Source: Selaginella moellendorffii | Taxonomy: Eukaryota; Plantae; Lycopodiophyta | Reading direction: 5' to 3' | NCBI RefSeq assembly: GCF_000143415.4 | Contig: NW_003314292.1 | Span: 1,309,498-1,373,497 of the forward strand | Length of the DNA stretch: 64,000 nucleotides | Part shown: positions 1-10,519 of the stretch, piece by piece | Position numbering within the stretch: the first letter of the stretch is position 1 | How the letters are laid out: each line of letters starts with the position of its first letter | The notes under the pieces: model-generated | Seen by the model: the letters and a program-made list of their open reading frames with translations, nothing else | Database searches by the model: none | Told to the model about the DNA's origin: nothing | Translations under genes and position numbers: made by a program

Positions 1-50
1 TGCAGGTACTAAAACTACAACAAGCGTTACTTTTACATCTATTCTTTGCA

Positions 51-534
51 GGCAACGAGCTTCCAACGTCCAGCTATAGACTAGGCGTTCGAGAAGCTCC
101 CCTCCACGAGCTGCTCCCTGGATATTTGACAGCGGTTTTAAAGAACGCGACTGAAAAGTTCAACCAACAGGTTCTTCGCTACATTTCTCCGCTTGGTTGG
201 TCTTTCGAGTTTTGGTACTGACACGAGTCTACGACTCTTGCAGCTGCATGGCTTTATCGACAGCCGGGCGCTTCTTCATGGAGTGGAGGTAAGTAGCTTT
301 TCTTTGAAAACGCACGTCCTCGAAAGTAATAATACTTTGTTATTGCAGACAAGGACGAGCTCGCCCGTAAGGATAGAGCGACATGCAGAGACTTGCGAGA
401 GCGTCTCTATACAAGGGCTGTATCCAGTTGGTGAAGGCGCTGGCTATGCCGGTGGGATTGTGAGTGCCGCTGTTGATGGCATGAAAGCCGGCCTTTCGCT
501 CGGACGGCTCCTACTGGAGACAACGGTCGGGTAG
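51..534 (+). CDS. FAD/NAD(P)-dependent oxidoreductase (uncharacterised FAD dehydrogenase family, Arabidopsis PDE327-like), last three exons; 5' part outside window
   Basis: Exons ~51-170, 244-288 and 349-534 with GT-AG introns. Spliced peptide LHGVE-TRTSSPVRIER...GLYPVGEGAGYAGGIVSAAVDG is the C-terminal signature of this family. Confidence 0.85.
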
Positions 535-587
535 TGTACCAAGGTTAGTCACGAAATACCAGAATTTTCAGCTCTTCTAGCAGGCTT

Positions 588-633
588 TTGCAAGGTTCCC
601 GCTTCTGCCATTGCAAGGTTCCCGCTTCTGCCA
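588..633. repeat. Two tandem copies of TTGCAAGGTTCCCGCTTCTGCCA
   Basis: Direct repeat visible in sequence. Confidence 0.9.
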
Positions 634-1108
634 TGGCTTTTTGTGGATTTGTGTCTTTTCATTTTTCTGACTTTTTAGATCGTCCCATCTGGCACGGGCC
701 TTTGTATGGAAATCTTTCTGGAAACGCGCATTCAAGCCACGCACGGACACGGTGGTGGTCAGGACAGACTTTTCTTTTCTACAGTTTGAACAAACAGGTG
801 TGTATTCTACTACGGTTTGTAGTTCTTAGAAACTAACTTTGAGTCTTACAGTTGGATTTAACCAGTCGCGCTGGGAGCGCTTGGAGTGGAGGTAAGTAGC
901 TAGTCTGACGAGTTTTCGATGGCGCACTAACTTATATTACTGTAGAGGAAGACGAAATGGAATGCGAAGAAAACAGAACATGAAAGTATGATACTGGGAA
1001 GTCGGGCATGGCCGACAGCAATCGAGTGACATACTGGATGCTGTCAGAGCGAAGGCAACTTTGTACACAGCTTAAGGTGATGCAGAGAGGACATCATCCA
1101 TTTAAAAA

Positions 1109-1534
1109 TCAATCGACTCGGCTAGTGTCACTGTTAGTGCTGCTGCTGGTTTCATCCTTGGAGGACTTGACAACCAGCGCAATGAACGCACCCACTAGAG
1201 CGAGAACAACGCCAGTAATGATCAGTGGCTTCTTGAGCTTGTCAGCGGAGGGGGGTTCTTTGGCAGCAGGTTCTTTATCCTGGAAGATAAGGGGACAGAG
1301 GAATCGATCACTTTCCCAACCAAGAACAGGGAAGGAAAACTATCCAAAACTAACCTCTGGCAACGAGGATTCGTAGCTGGGACCTTTCGTCGACGACACT
1401 CGCTCGTAAGCTCCCGGATCTCCAGTCTTCCTCTTGGCTATGTCGGAGGCAAGGCTATCACTATCCTCGAATTTGGCTGGCTTCTTGGCAGCGGCAGCAT
1501 AGGATTGACGCTCCTCACCTCCGGCGGAAGACAT
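1109..1534 (-). CDS. Small two-exon protein with a C-terminal transmembrane helix, function unknown
   Basis: Exon 1534-1355 (MSSAGGEERQ...SSLPE), GT-AG intron 1354-1280, exon 1279-1109 (DKEPAAKEPPSADKLKKPLIITGVVLALVGAFIALVVKSSKDE...RVD*). The frame is preserved across the intron. A (CT)n microsatellite lies upstream at ~1612-1632. Confidence 0.7.
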
Positions 1535-2631
1535 AGCTTGCTACACAGAAAAAAAAATCGAAACTCGCCTTGAAGAGGTAAATTTCTCCACGCTCGACGC
1601 TCCCTTGATCGTCTCTCTCTCTCTCTCTCTCGCGCGCGCGCTACTTCCACTTGGTGATGTTCCTCCCAGGTATGGAGAAGAGATAGCGATGAAGAAAACG
1701 AAGAGAAGGCAGCTATGGTGGCGCCTGTGCATGCTCGGCACGTGTTGATGCTACGTGGCCACTTGCAAAACGCTTTCCACTAATCCAGTGTCAATGCTAA
1801 TCCACGTTTGTTTGTGAGGTGGTCCCGTACAGCGTGCTTCTGTTAGAACCGTACGAGATTGTCACTCAATCTATCACGTTCCAAACCTTGGACCTGTCCA
1901 AACAATTTTAAGACCCACTAGCCTCCCACCACCAACGAACTATAATGGCTGGATGGGAATCGCATACTTGCAAGATTTTAACATTATTACCACCACCACC
2001 TTATCACATTTTTCTTACCTTTCTTCCCTATCATAGTAGTAGTGGTTGCAACGGAAGTAAGGAACCATGCAAGCAACCAAAGGCAACGAAACGAAGGCAA
2101 ACTTTTCACCCCTGAAACTTTCAACCTTTTTTATTTCGCTCCAGCCAGAGTAACTTTGGGGAGAAGCTCCCATGCCTGGCGATCCAACGGCTGGGATCCA
2201 CTGGAGCGTGTTTGTTGGGAAGTGGGTCCGTTTGTACACACCACATTGTGGCCAGAGGGCGTGGTTTTGTTGTTCGAGAAGACCTTTCCCTTCTTCTTCT
2301 TCTTCGTCTTCCTCCTTGGCGAGAACCAAAAGCGAGAGACAAACAAGAAAAGGAGCGAGTGAGGGAGATCGATCTCGGCGAGTCTTGGTTGAGTGGTCCA
2401 CTCATTCTACGCATCCATCCATTCCAATCGATCCAAGCTTGAAGCTTACGAGCTTTGATTCTATGTAGATCGCTTTGGAAGCGAACAAGTAGTGGTCTTT
2501 GGAACAAACTCTCCCAGATCCTTGAAAAGCGGCGGTATCTCTAAGGTGTGAACTCGATTTCTCAAGCAGGGTGGTGGTCTTGGCGAGCGAGCGATCGATC
2601 GCTCGATAGGATAGACAGGGATAGGCACACA

Positions 2632-3219
2632 ATGCAGCCAAAAATCTCGATCTGGTTCGTGTTTCCAGCGGCGGTGGCGCTGCTCTTGTGCTCTAGCTCC
2701 ACTCTGGTGGCCGCTGGGGACGATGGCGGCGGCGATAACGATCAAGCGGCGCCGCCGGACGCCAAGGGGCTGCGAAAGGTGATGGTTTCCAGCAGCGTGG
2801 CCATCTCCAAGCTGCGAATCACAGTGAAGAAATACCAGCGCGACGACCACCTCAGCGATTCCAAGACCCAAGCGCTCCTCTCGGATTGCATGGATCTCAC
2901 GGAGGACTCCAAGGAGGTGCTGGACGATTCCATGACCATTCTCGTCAAGCTCCACGGCGCCAAGAACAAGAGCGGCAATGAGAGTAGCAGCGGAAGCGGC
3001 AGCGGCGCGGAGGAGGAGGAGATGGAGCTACTGCGCACGAATCTCAGCGCGGCGCTCACCGACATCACGACGTGCACGGATGGATTGCACGACGAGATCA
3101 CCGACGAGTCGGCGCAGACCAAGAAGGCGGTGGTGCGCATCGATCGCCAGGCCGCCAAGGTGTCGGAGCTGCTGTCCAAGGCGCTCAATCTCACCGCCTC
3201 GATCGATGCCAAGAACTGA
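2632..3219 (+). CDS. Secreted PMEI/invertase-inhibitor domain protein
   Basis: Signal peptide MQPKISIWFVFPAAVALLLC; PMEI motifs LLSDCMDL and LRTNLSAALTDITTCTDGL; single exon. Confidence 0.85.
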   Translation: MQPKISIWFVFPAAVALLLCSSSTLVAAGDDGGGDNDQAAPPDAKGLRKVMVSSSVAISKLRITVKKYQRDDHLSDSKTQALLSDCMDLTEDSKEVLDDSMTILVKLHGAKNKSGNESSSGSGSGAEEEEMELLRTNLSAALTDITTCTDGLHDEITDESAQTKKAVVRIDRQAAKVSELLSKALNLTASIDAKN

Positions 3220-3826
3220 TCCATCCAATCCAATCTCAAATGCATTGGCGAGTGGGAAGATCATCGTTGTTGGATAGGAAACTTAGATGAATACAAAGAA
3301 GTTATAGTCTATGTGTGGTGTGAATGGAAAGAATCGAGGATTGTGTCAAAGAATAAAAAACGAGCGATCCACTCCAGTAAGACGATAGTTTTTGGACAAG
3401 ATCATCACTCCAACTTTCGCTCAAAGTGTGATTTTTGAATTTGTAGTCAAGTCATGAAAATTTTCTTTCTCTTTCGAGCTCGAGTGTGTGATATGACTGG
3501 TTTGTTTACTCTCAGTGTCAGTCCTGGAAGAACCCTAAACTATGGAATGCCAGGCAAGCCTACGTCTTTAGCTACGTACAGGCCTGCCTGGAAGACTCTC
3601 TATCCTCTTCAAAGTTAACAAGATTTTCTTTCTGGCCTTCTTTCTTTTTTACTTCTTCTCGGGCTTTGAATTTCCCATCCAGGTGCTGATCCATCAATCC
3701 ATCCATCGATTGATCGATCGATCTCACATGCTTTGTAGATTTTTCTTCTCTGCGGGTGTCTTTGCCTGTTTGGATCGATCGAAAGCAACACGACCTTTTC
3801 TATTTTAAAAGATTTCACAAAGTCAT

Positions 3827-5674
3827 ATGATCAAAACCGACCCAACGTGGAGTAGCGGCATTTGCGAATTCCACCGGCAAATCGCCACCAACCTTTCGGA
3901 AAATAATCTCGTGGCGTTGACGGCTCAGATCGCGAGCCATGGCAGGAGACGCAGAGTTGACCAAGCCAAGCTCGTGTTTGACTCCATGCCGAAACGGAAT
4001 GTGGTTTCATGGACGGCCATGATAACCGCATATGCCCATAGCGGGCATTTAGATAAGGCAGAAGAGATGTATCACAGGATTCCGGAACGTAATCTCGTGT
4101 GTTGGAATGTTATGATCACTGCCTACTCTCAATTCGGTTCATTGGAATCTGCTCAAATGGTTTTTGATAAGATGGACGAGCGAGATATAGTGTCTTGGAC
4201 GGCAATGGTGACGGCATATGCCCGTTTTGGGCATGTTGACATGGCGAGAACATTGTTTGATTGCGGCATGCCGGAACATAACTCTTATTCTTGGAATGCT
4301 CTTCTCCAAACGTATGCGCATCTCGGAATGGTGGTAAAGATGGAATGGCTGTTTGACGAAATGCCGTGGGAAAGTAAAGACCTCATCTCTTGGAACTCTA
4401 TCCTTCTCGGTTTCTCGCAAGTCGTCGATGCTGCTCGGGCACAAGAGGTCTTTAAGAAAATGCCACTTTGGAACGTAAAGTCGTGGAACATTCTTCTTTC
4501 TGCTTATGCCCATGATTTGCATGAATTTCAGAAGACTCGAGCAGTGATGCCAGAATGGGATATTGTAACTTGGAATTCTACTCTATCAACCTACATTTGC
4601 CAAGGTAAACATGAAATTTGTGAAAGTGTGTTTGACTATATGGTGGAAAAGGACATTGTTTCGTGGGTGACAATGGTAGCAGGATATGCTCAGATTGGGC
4701 ATTTCGATCAGGCGAAATTTCTCCTAAACAGGATGCCAGTTTGGAACTTGGCTGCCTGGAATTCGATCATTCAGGCTTATGGCGAAGCTGGCGAGATGGA
4801 AGAAGCTGAAAAAGCATTTCGATCTCTGCCATTTGCGAACATGATCTCATGGACGGCACTTCTCGCAGGATTAAGAGACAACGACCTTATTGAGCAGGCC
4901 AAAGATTTGTTTTTCCAGAGAATGCCTAGGCACAATGTGGTCTCCTCGACGGTGGCTCTCACTTTTCTCCCGAGAGAGTCGGCTCGAGAGTTACTCAACT
5001 CCATGCCGGAAAAGAATGCTTTCTCGTATGGAGCAGTGCTACAGGGACTTATAGCACAAAATGCTACTCTGGAAGAGATCAAGTGTGCCTTTGATTCCAC
5101 ACGGCCACCTTTCAAGACCATCTTTCTGTGGAACATGTTGCTTGGAGCTTATGCAAACGCTGGAAAGGTTGAAGATGCAAGAGCTATCCTATGCTTTCAA
5201 ATGCCCGACCAAGATATCATCTCTTGGAACACTGTCTTGTCCGGTTTTGGCAGGCTCGGGGATGTTGAATTTGCTCGAGAGATCTTTCAGACAATGCCTG
5301 GGAAAGATATTGCTTCCTGGAATGCGCTACTCTCGGCTTACTCTTATAATGGATTTTTCCAGCATGCAATAGAGGTATTCTTAACCATGCCCGAGAAGAA
5401 TTTGGCATCGTGGAACGCACTTGTGTGTGCTTGCTCCCGAGTTCCAGATTTTGCATCTCTTTGTGCTGAAATCTTCCGGGAGCTATTGATATATGGTTTC
5501 GATCCTGATGCTGCAACTTTTACTGGGTTTTTCACTTCGTGCAGTCACTTGGGAACTCTAAATTTTGCCATGAGGAAGTTTGTCTCAAATAGCATTGACT
5601 TTCCATCATTTTGCAACAACGAGCATTATCATAGGATTATGGCTGACATGTTATCTCGGGCTGCTATAAAATAA
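3827..5674 (+). CDS. PLS-class PPR protein made of ~31-aa S/SS motifs; ends before the E domain
   Basis: Repeated FDxMPxR(N/D)VVSW(T/N)AMxxAY motifs; C-terminal PDAATF...SCSHLG...EHYHRIMADMLSRA then stop. Confidence 0.9.
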   Translation: MIKTDPTWSSGICEFHRQIATNLSENNLVALTAQIASHGRRRRVDQAKLVFDSMPKRNVVSWTAMITAYAHSGHLDKAEEMYHRIPERNLVCWNVMITAYSQFGSLESAQMVFDKMDERDIVSWTAMVTAYARFGHVDMARTLFDCGMPEHNSYSWNALLQTYAHLGMVVKMEWLFDEMPWESKDLISWNSILLGFSQVVDAARAQEVFKKMPLWNVKSWNILLSAYAHDLHEFQKTRAVMPEWDIVTWNSTLSTYICQGKHEICESVFDYMVEKDIVSWVTMVAGYAQIGHFDQAKFLLNRMPVWNLAAWNSIIQAYGEAGEMEEAEKAFRSLPFANMISWTALLAGLRDNDLIEQAKDLFFQRMPRHNVVSSTVALTFLPRESARELLNSMPEKNAFSYGAVLQGLIAQNATLEEIKCAFDSTRPPFKTIFLWNMLLGAYANAGKVEDARAILCFQMPDQDIISWNTVLSGFGRLGDVEFAREIFQTMPGKDIASWNALLSAYSYNGFFQHAIEVFLTMPEKNLASWNALVCACSRVPDFASLCAEIFRELLIYGFDPDAATFTGFFTSCSHLGTLNFAMRKFVSNSIDFPSFCNNEHYHRIMADMLSRAAIK

Positions 5675-5850
5675 CAATTTATAAAACCAGATTTTTCTAA
5701 CTAATATATCATAAAACAGAAAAATATTCCAGGCGTTTTAGCGACTTCATCCTCACTTGCCTTACTGTATGTGCCGATTCACCTATTGATTCGTAAATCT
5801 GCTCGAGCCCCAAGCTGGATCTGGGGCAGAAAATCCAGCAGCCTGTAGGT

Positions 5851-5929
5851 GAGAATAAATAGACAAACCGTATGAAGATAGGTGGGGCGACTCGTGCGAG
5901 AATAAATAGACAAACCGTATGAAGATAGT
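5851..5929. repeat. ~31-bp direct repeat GAGAATAAATAGACAAACCGTATGAAGATAG, two copies
   Basis: Copies at ~5851 and ~5899 with a short spacer. Confidence 0.85.
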
Positions 5930-6714
5930 GTGTTACCATTGGTCTGGTCAAGTCAAGTTTGTGATGTCAACTTATCCCTCTCCGAGAACAATTAAGAATT
6001 TCCTATTTCTGGAAGTAAACTAGTTTCATAACTTGTTACTATTGTTACTCTGGGAACTCTCTAGAACTTTGATGCCCACCGAAGAAAAGATGAAGATCAT
6101 CAAGCTAAGCAAGTAGTAAAGGAATAATAACTCTTAATAAAATCAATGTATCTCATAGAAGACAATTGCCATTTGCTGCCTTAACACTCTTGGATCCAAT
6201 TCAAGAGCAGCTGTACATATTTGCATTTGCGGGCATGGAATGGGAATCCGTATCAAGGTCTACCAAAATCTCCTTGAGGAGTGCCCTCTACGCGGCTGTT
6301 AACACATTTAAGAAGAGGCAAGGAAAGCTGCTTATTGATAAATATATTAAGTTCGTTTTTTCTTTCATGCAGCTCACAGCGTCCCACATCAAAGAGGAAA
6401 TGAAGAAAATACTGGTATGGATGGTACCATAAGCATCGAACACAACGAAGAAGTAACGATGTTTAAAACTAGAGCAGCAGCTCGCGACTGTTTGATTGAT
6501 GCTTTTGGTTTTTTTCTACGTGCAGAGCGCACCATGGAGTCGGGTGGGTTGGAGATATTTCTTTATGCTTTTGCTTTACTCTAACCATGAGAATTCTACT
6601 CCATATGGATCCAGGAAAACAGCCATCATCAAACTGGACCTCCTCCTGATAAGCCTAGCCAAGAGCAACATGATCCACAAGAGGTCCCCGCACAAAGTCT
6701 CCCTTCTGCTCGCC

Positions 6715-7605
6715 GGTGAAGAAGATGTCTGGCAGAAGATCTAAGAGAACGAGTTGTCTCCTCAGCATCCTCGCAATGGCTGTACGAGGTGTGCCTCAAC
6801 TCTTATTTAATGTTTTAAAACTCGTATGCCTTGCGATATGCATGAAAGATTACATGAAGGTGGATAAACAACTCTCGCTCAACTCTTTCATAAAACTACC
6901 GCTAAGAAGAACGATGCCTGCCGAGCTGGGGAAAATGGTGCATATTCTGCTCCTAAATGCGTTACAGGACAACCTACTCATCAACTGGATCTACGATAAA
7001 CATAAAATTCTTCTGGGGGCCATACAACTATAAACCCGGGGAAGTACCTGACGAGTTTTTTTCGCCAGGATCTCACACGAGAATGGTAGAAAGGAAAAAG
7101 AAGATGTGAGGAGGACGAGGACGGGAGGGTAGAGGTGAAGCTTTGAAATTGAGAAGTGAGGTGAATGAGGACGAGGACGAGGGAACACAAAGCTTCGGTG
7201 AAGTGGATGGAGATGAAAAAGAAACCACGCGGTTTTGGTAAGTTGACCATGAGCTTTTTCGATAGCCTCCGGCGGTGGAGAGAAGACAAAGAACCTCTCC
7301 AGCCAGTCTTCCTTGGACCTTTTCGAGAGCGCATGGAAGCGGTGAAGATAACTTCTTGCACCTTCCTTGCGTTTAGAATCTTGAGAGGAAGAAACGACTC
7401 TGCGAAACCAACGCTCAGATCTCTTGGCAGGACGTCCTTTTGGTCGCAATGCAATCTTAGTGGCAGTGGAACAACTGGACACAGGAAACAGGAGATGAAC
7501 AGGGATATATAAAGCAGCCAAACCATTCCAGGGGCCAGCCATGTCGGCCAACTGTATTCTTCACCGGGAGAAGTGACCCTCTGGATGATCAGTAGCCGCC
7601 GCAAG
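6715..7605 (+). pseudogene. Deletion-collapsed copy of the TIC100 3' half plus the SLAC/SLAH 5' region
   Basis: Collinear blocks shared with 31010-32880: CCTCAGCATCCT, ATGCCTGCCGAGCTGG, ATCAACTGGATCTACGATAAA, CGCGGTTTTGGTAAG, GAGCGCATGGAA, TAGTGGCAGTGGAA, ACAGGAAACAGGAGATGAACAGG. Confidence 0.9.
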
Positions 7606-8139
7606 TCTTTTTCTTTATCTCATATTTTTCTCGAAACTTATTCATCACAGGCTTGGTTGGTAAAATAACTTACCAGTTTGAGAAATTTTCCAGTTCAGTG
7701 CCAGGTTGAAGATTTTTTTCTCAAGTAAGAAAGACCACAACTTTCTCATGGCTTATGTGCAGATTGTAGATCAACCAAACTAGCTACTCACGAAGACAGT
7801 GGCCCTTCGCTCGCAGCAAGCGTATGTTTGATTTCTTACTTTAGAATGGAATGGAGATATTCTTACCTTGCAACTTCAGCTGCCAAATCCCGTCAGGATC
7901 GACGAATTCATTTAAAAACATGTTTTCTCTTGTGGTGGAGAAGTCTGGAGAGTTCTCTTTGCGAATTTACTCTTACAATCTTCTCTTTTCTGTAGAAGCA
8001 TGGCGTGAATGAGACAGAGTGGCGCGGAGGTGGCGGTCTCGCTCAACAATGTTGCAGTAATTTTGTGAGCCATATCCTTCAACAGTGGGCAATCAGGTGT
8101 CAAGTAAAGTTCCAAGTCTACTGGACTTCAAGGTTGCCG

Positions 8140-8340
8140 GAAGAAGCAGTATCTCTTCTTGCTGGCCAACGCGCTGGACGAGGAGCATTTGCAGGAGCGC
8201 TTTACGGCGAGCGTAACAAGGAGCAAGATATCTGGCTGGTGATAAAGCCCAAGTTCATGGAGAAATTCCCAGAGCTTCCGGCACGACTCATCAGGCCCGC
8301 AGTGGGTCTCATCTCCACTGACCCCGTCTGGATCACATAA
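8140..8340 (+). pseudogene. ycf54: Ycf54/LCAA (Mg-protoporphyrin monomethyl ester cyclase auxiliary subunit) remnant
   Basis: KKQYLFLLANA-LDEEHLQER, frameshift, then LYGERNKEQDIWLVIKPKFMEKFPELPARLIRPAVGLISTDPVWIT; matches the Ycf54 core with internal deletions. Confidence 0.8.
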
Positions 8341-8399
8341 GTTCCTCCTGTTGGGTTTTCTTTCGCTCTCATTGATCTTCATGGATTCATGGATCGATC

Positions 8400-8780
8400 G
8401 CGCGTGACCTTGTCGGAATCGAGGATCGCGGAAGGCGCATTGCGCTTCGTCGCGTAGTGCCGTGGCGATCCTGCCCTCGACGAAGATCTCCACCTGGCTC
8501 GCCAGGTTTCCCTCAGCGCTCACGGCAGCTCAAGAAGCCGAAGGCTAGTCCAGATCACGAGCGGCATCCCTTGAAGAGACCCCGTGATCCATACCATGTA
8601 AGAGCTCCAGGGCATTGGGGAGTCGATGGTTCCGATGATCACCTCGTTCCACTGCGGCAAGAGCTCGGTGGTGTTTTCAAGATGCCCTACTTGGGCATAT
8701 CCTGCGCCCATGGTGTTCCATGTCACCACGTTTCGTAAAGTGGCCCGGTAAAAGCTTTCCCGTGCCTGTGTGCACGGCAT
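8400..8780 (-). pseudogene. PPR gene remnant
   Basis: RNVVTWNTMGAGYAQVGHLE motif followed by disrupted frames. Confidence 0.6.
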
Positions 8781-9092
8781 CTCTGTGTGTAATCTTCCAC
8801 GTCGCAGCTCTCTATTGAGTTACGAAGATTCCAAGCCTCGACCAAGTTTCCAAACCAAAACAGATGCCCTCTCGGGGCATATGCTGAGACCACAACATTA
8901 TGTGTGATATCATGTAGCTACTTTAAAAACAGAATGAAAAAGAAAGAGCGAAACAAATGTGAATTACTAAGCGGTGACCATGTGTACGAGCTTAAAAACT
9001 CGCGTGGAACCGAGGTGAGAGCTCACAACATTTTTTTACATTCATGAGAATTCAGGCACCAAAATATTAAAGTTCAGGCACACATAAGCCAA

Positions 9093-9954
9093 TTACACCA
9101 ACGGACTAACTTTCCTGAGGCTCTTCAAATTTTCTGGTAGAGTCTTCCCTGTGGCCTCCGCAAACACCCTCAAAGCTTCAATGGCCTTCTCTTGTCGAAT
9201 AGCAAGCAGCTGGTCCATATCCATTGTTGCTAAAGCATTATAACCATCTAGAATTTCTAGTGGGGACTCCAACAAGTAGAAGTGAACCAGCATCGCATAG
9301 ACAATAGCAGCGCTTGATCCCACAAGTGCAAAGGCTTGAACTTGCCATCCAACTGGTGGAGCAATGATGGCAGCCACAATACCGGCCACGTAAGCCATAT
9401 ACCTCATGAAACCGACCATTATGAACACAACCAAACCGCCGCCGTCGTTCCAATCATCAGGCAAAGGTATTGCTGCTGGAGTGAAAAGTCCACAGTATAA
9501 TATCACCACCAGCAGAAGCACCACCCACTGATTCGTGATCAATGCGGAAAAAATACCACTGATGCCCCCAACAAGAAAACCGTATGTGATAATTTTCTTT
9601 CGACCAAATTGAAAAAGCATAAATCCTGCATGGAGCTCTTGTTATCTCCAGAAAAAAAGAAGGAAAAGAAAGCTGACCTGACAAGATCCAGGCCGCAAAG
9701 TAACCTGCTACCGTTAACAGAGGGGATAACTGAGGGGGCCAACGTATGGTAGCCATATAAAACCCATATGCAGTGAAGCCATGACAGATGAGATTCATCA
9801 AGAACTGCCGCCACATAATCCAGTGGCGACTAAGGTTCCAGCTCTTGTAGATATCAGCAAGATCATACTCACCATTTGGGTTCAACAATCCCTGCTCCAT
9901 AGGGTAACCTACCAATTCCTCTTTCCTTAAATAGGAAAGCATAGTGTCCTTCAT
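9093..9954 (-). CDS. Half-size MFS/organic-cation-transporter-like membrane protein, copy 1 (intact, two exons)
   Basis: Exon 9954-9678, 40-nt GT-AG intron, exon 9637-9093, joined in frame (WILS-E-LHAGFMLFQFGRKK). Several hydrophobic helices, an FGRKK loop, and an ESP...EKAIEALRVFAEATGKTLPENL tail like the SLC22/OCT central loop. Confidence 0.65.
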
Positions 9955-9964
9955 TTGTAAACCT

Positions 9965-10142
9965 CCAGGGTAAAGTCCAACTTCAAATTTGATAGCCTAG
10001 TTGAAGCTCTTCCTGCTGGAAGCAAGCTGGCCAACGCACTAGGAGCATTTGCAAGATTATGGCGAGTGTAACAAGGAGCAAGATATATGTCTAATTATTC
10101 CCAAAGCTATTAGTGTGCCTTTCATCTCCACTATCAAGTAAG
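9965..10142 (+). pseudogene. ycf54: Second, more degraded Ycf54 remnant
   Basis: Shares GCTGGCCAACGC, AGGAGCATTTGCA, GGCGAG(C/T)GTAACAAGGAGCAAGATAT and TCATCTCCACT with 8140-8340. Confidence 0.75.
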
Positions 10143-10519
10143 TTCTTCCCCTCCTTTTTAAGAAGTTTGTTCACAGTATGTTTTATTAGTACAACTAATT
10201 ATTACCCCCTAATTGCAAATGAACCATATTTAAAATGATATATTTTGTTAGAACCAAAAAGAGATCAAAGTGCAATCATAAGATATGTATATAAATCAAG
10301 AAGTGTTGTACTAATATATATCAAGTACTCTTCCTATTTAAAAGATTCTCTTTTCTAGGGCTTTAGCTTTTTCAATCGGTTAATAGATGCTCCACAAAAG
10401 GAAATATATATGCATGGATGTTTAATATATATAATTACACTCACCCTCCCTTTTAGAGATGTCAATGTCTTTATCCACTCGTATCATAGTCTTATAGTGG
10501 ATAGCTATGTTATTTGCTC

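Noticed and set aside
2015-2507. Overlapping ORFs or a miR160-like TGCCTGGC seed
   Set aside because: No full miRNA match or convincing hairpin; probably the PMEI promoter and 5' region
3550-3592. Short imperfect hairpin upstream of the PPR gene
   Set aside because: Too short and imperfect to assign a function
5851-5929. CRISPR-like repeat-spacer-repeat
   Set aside because: Only two repeats, a short spacer, eukaryotic context and no cas genes
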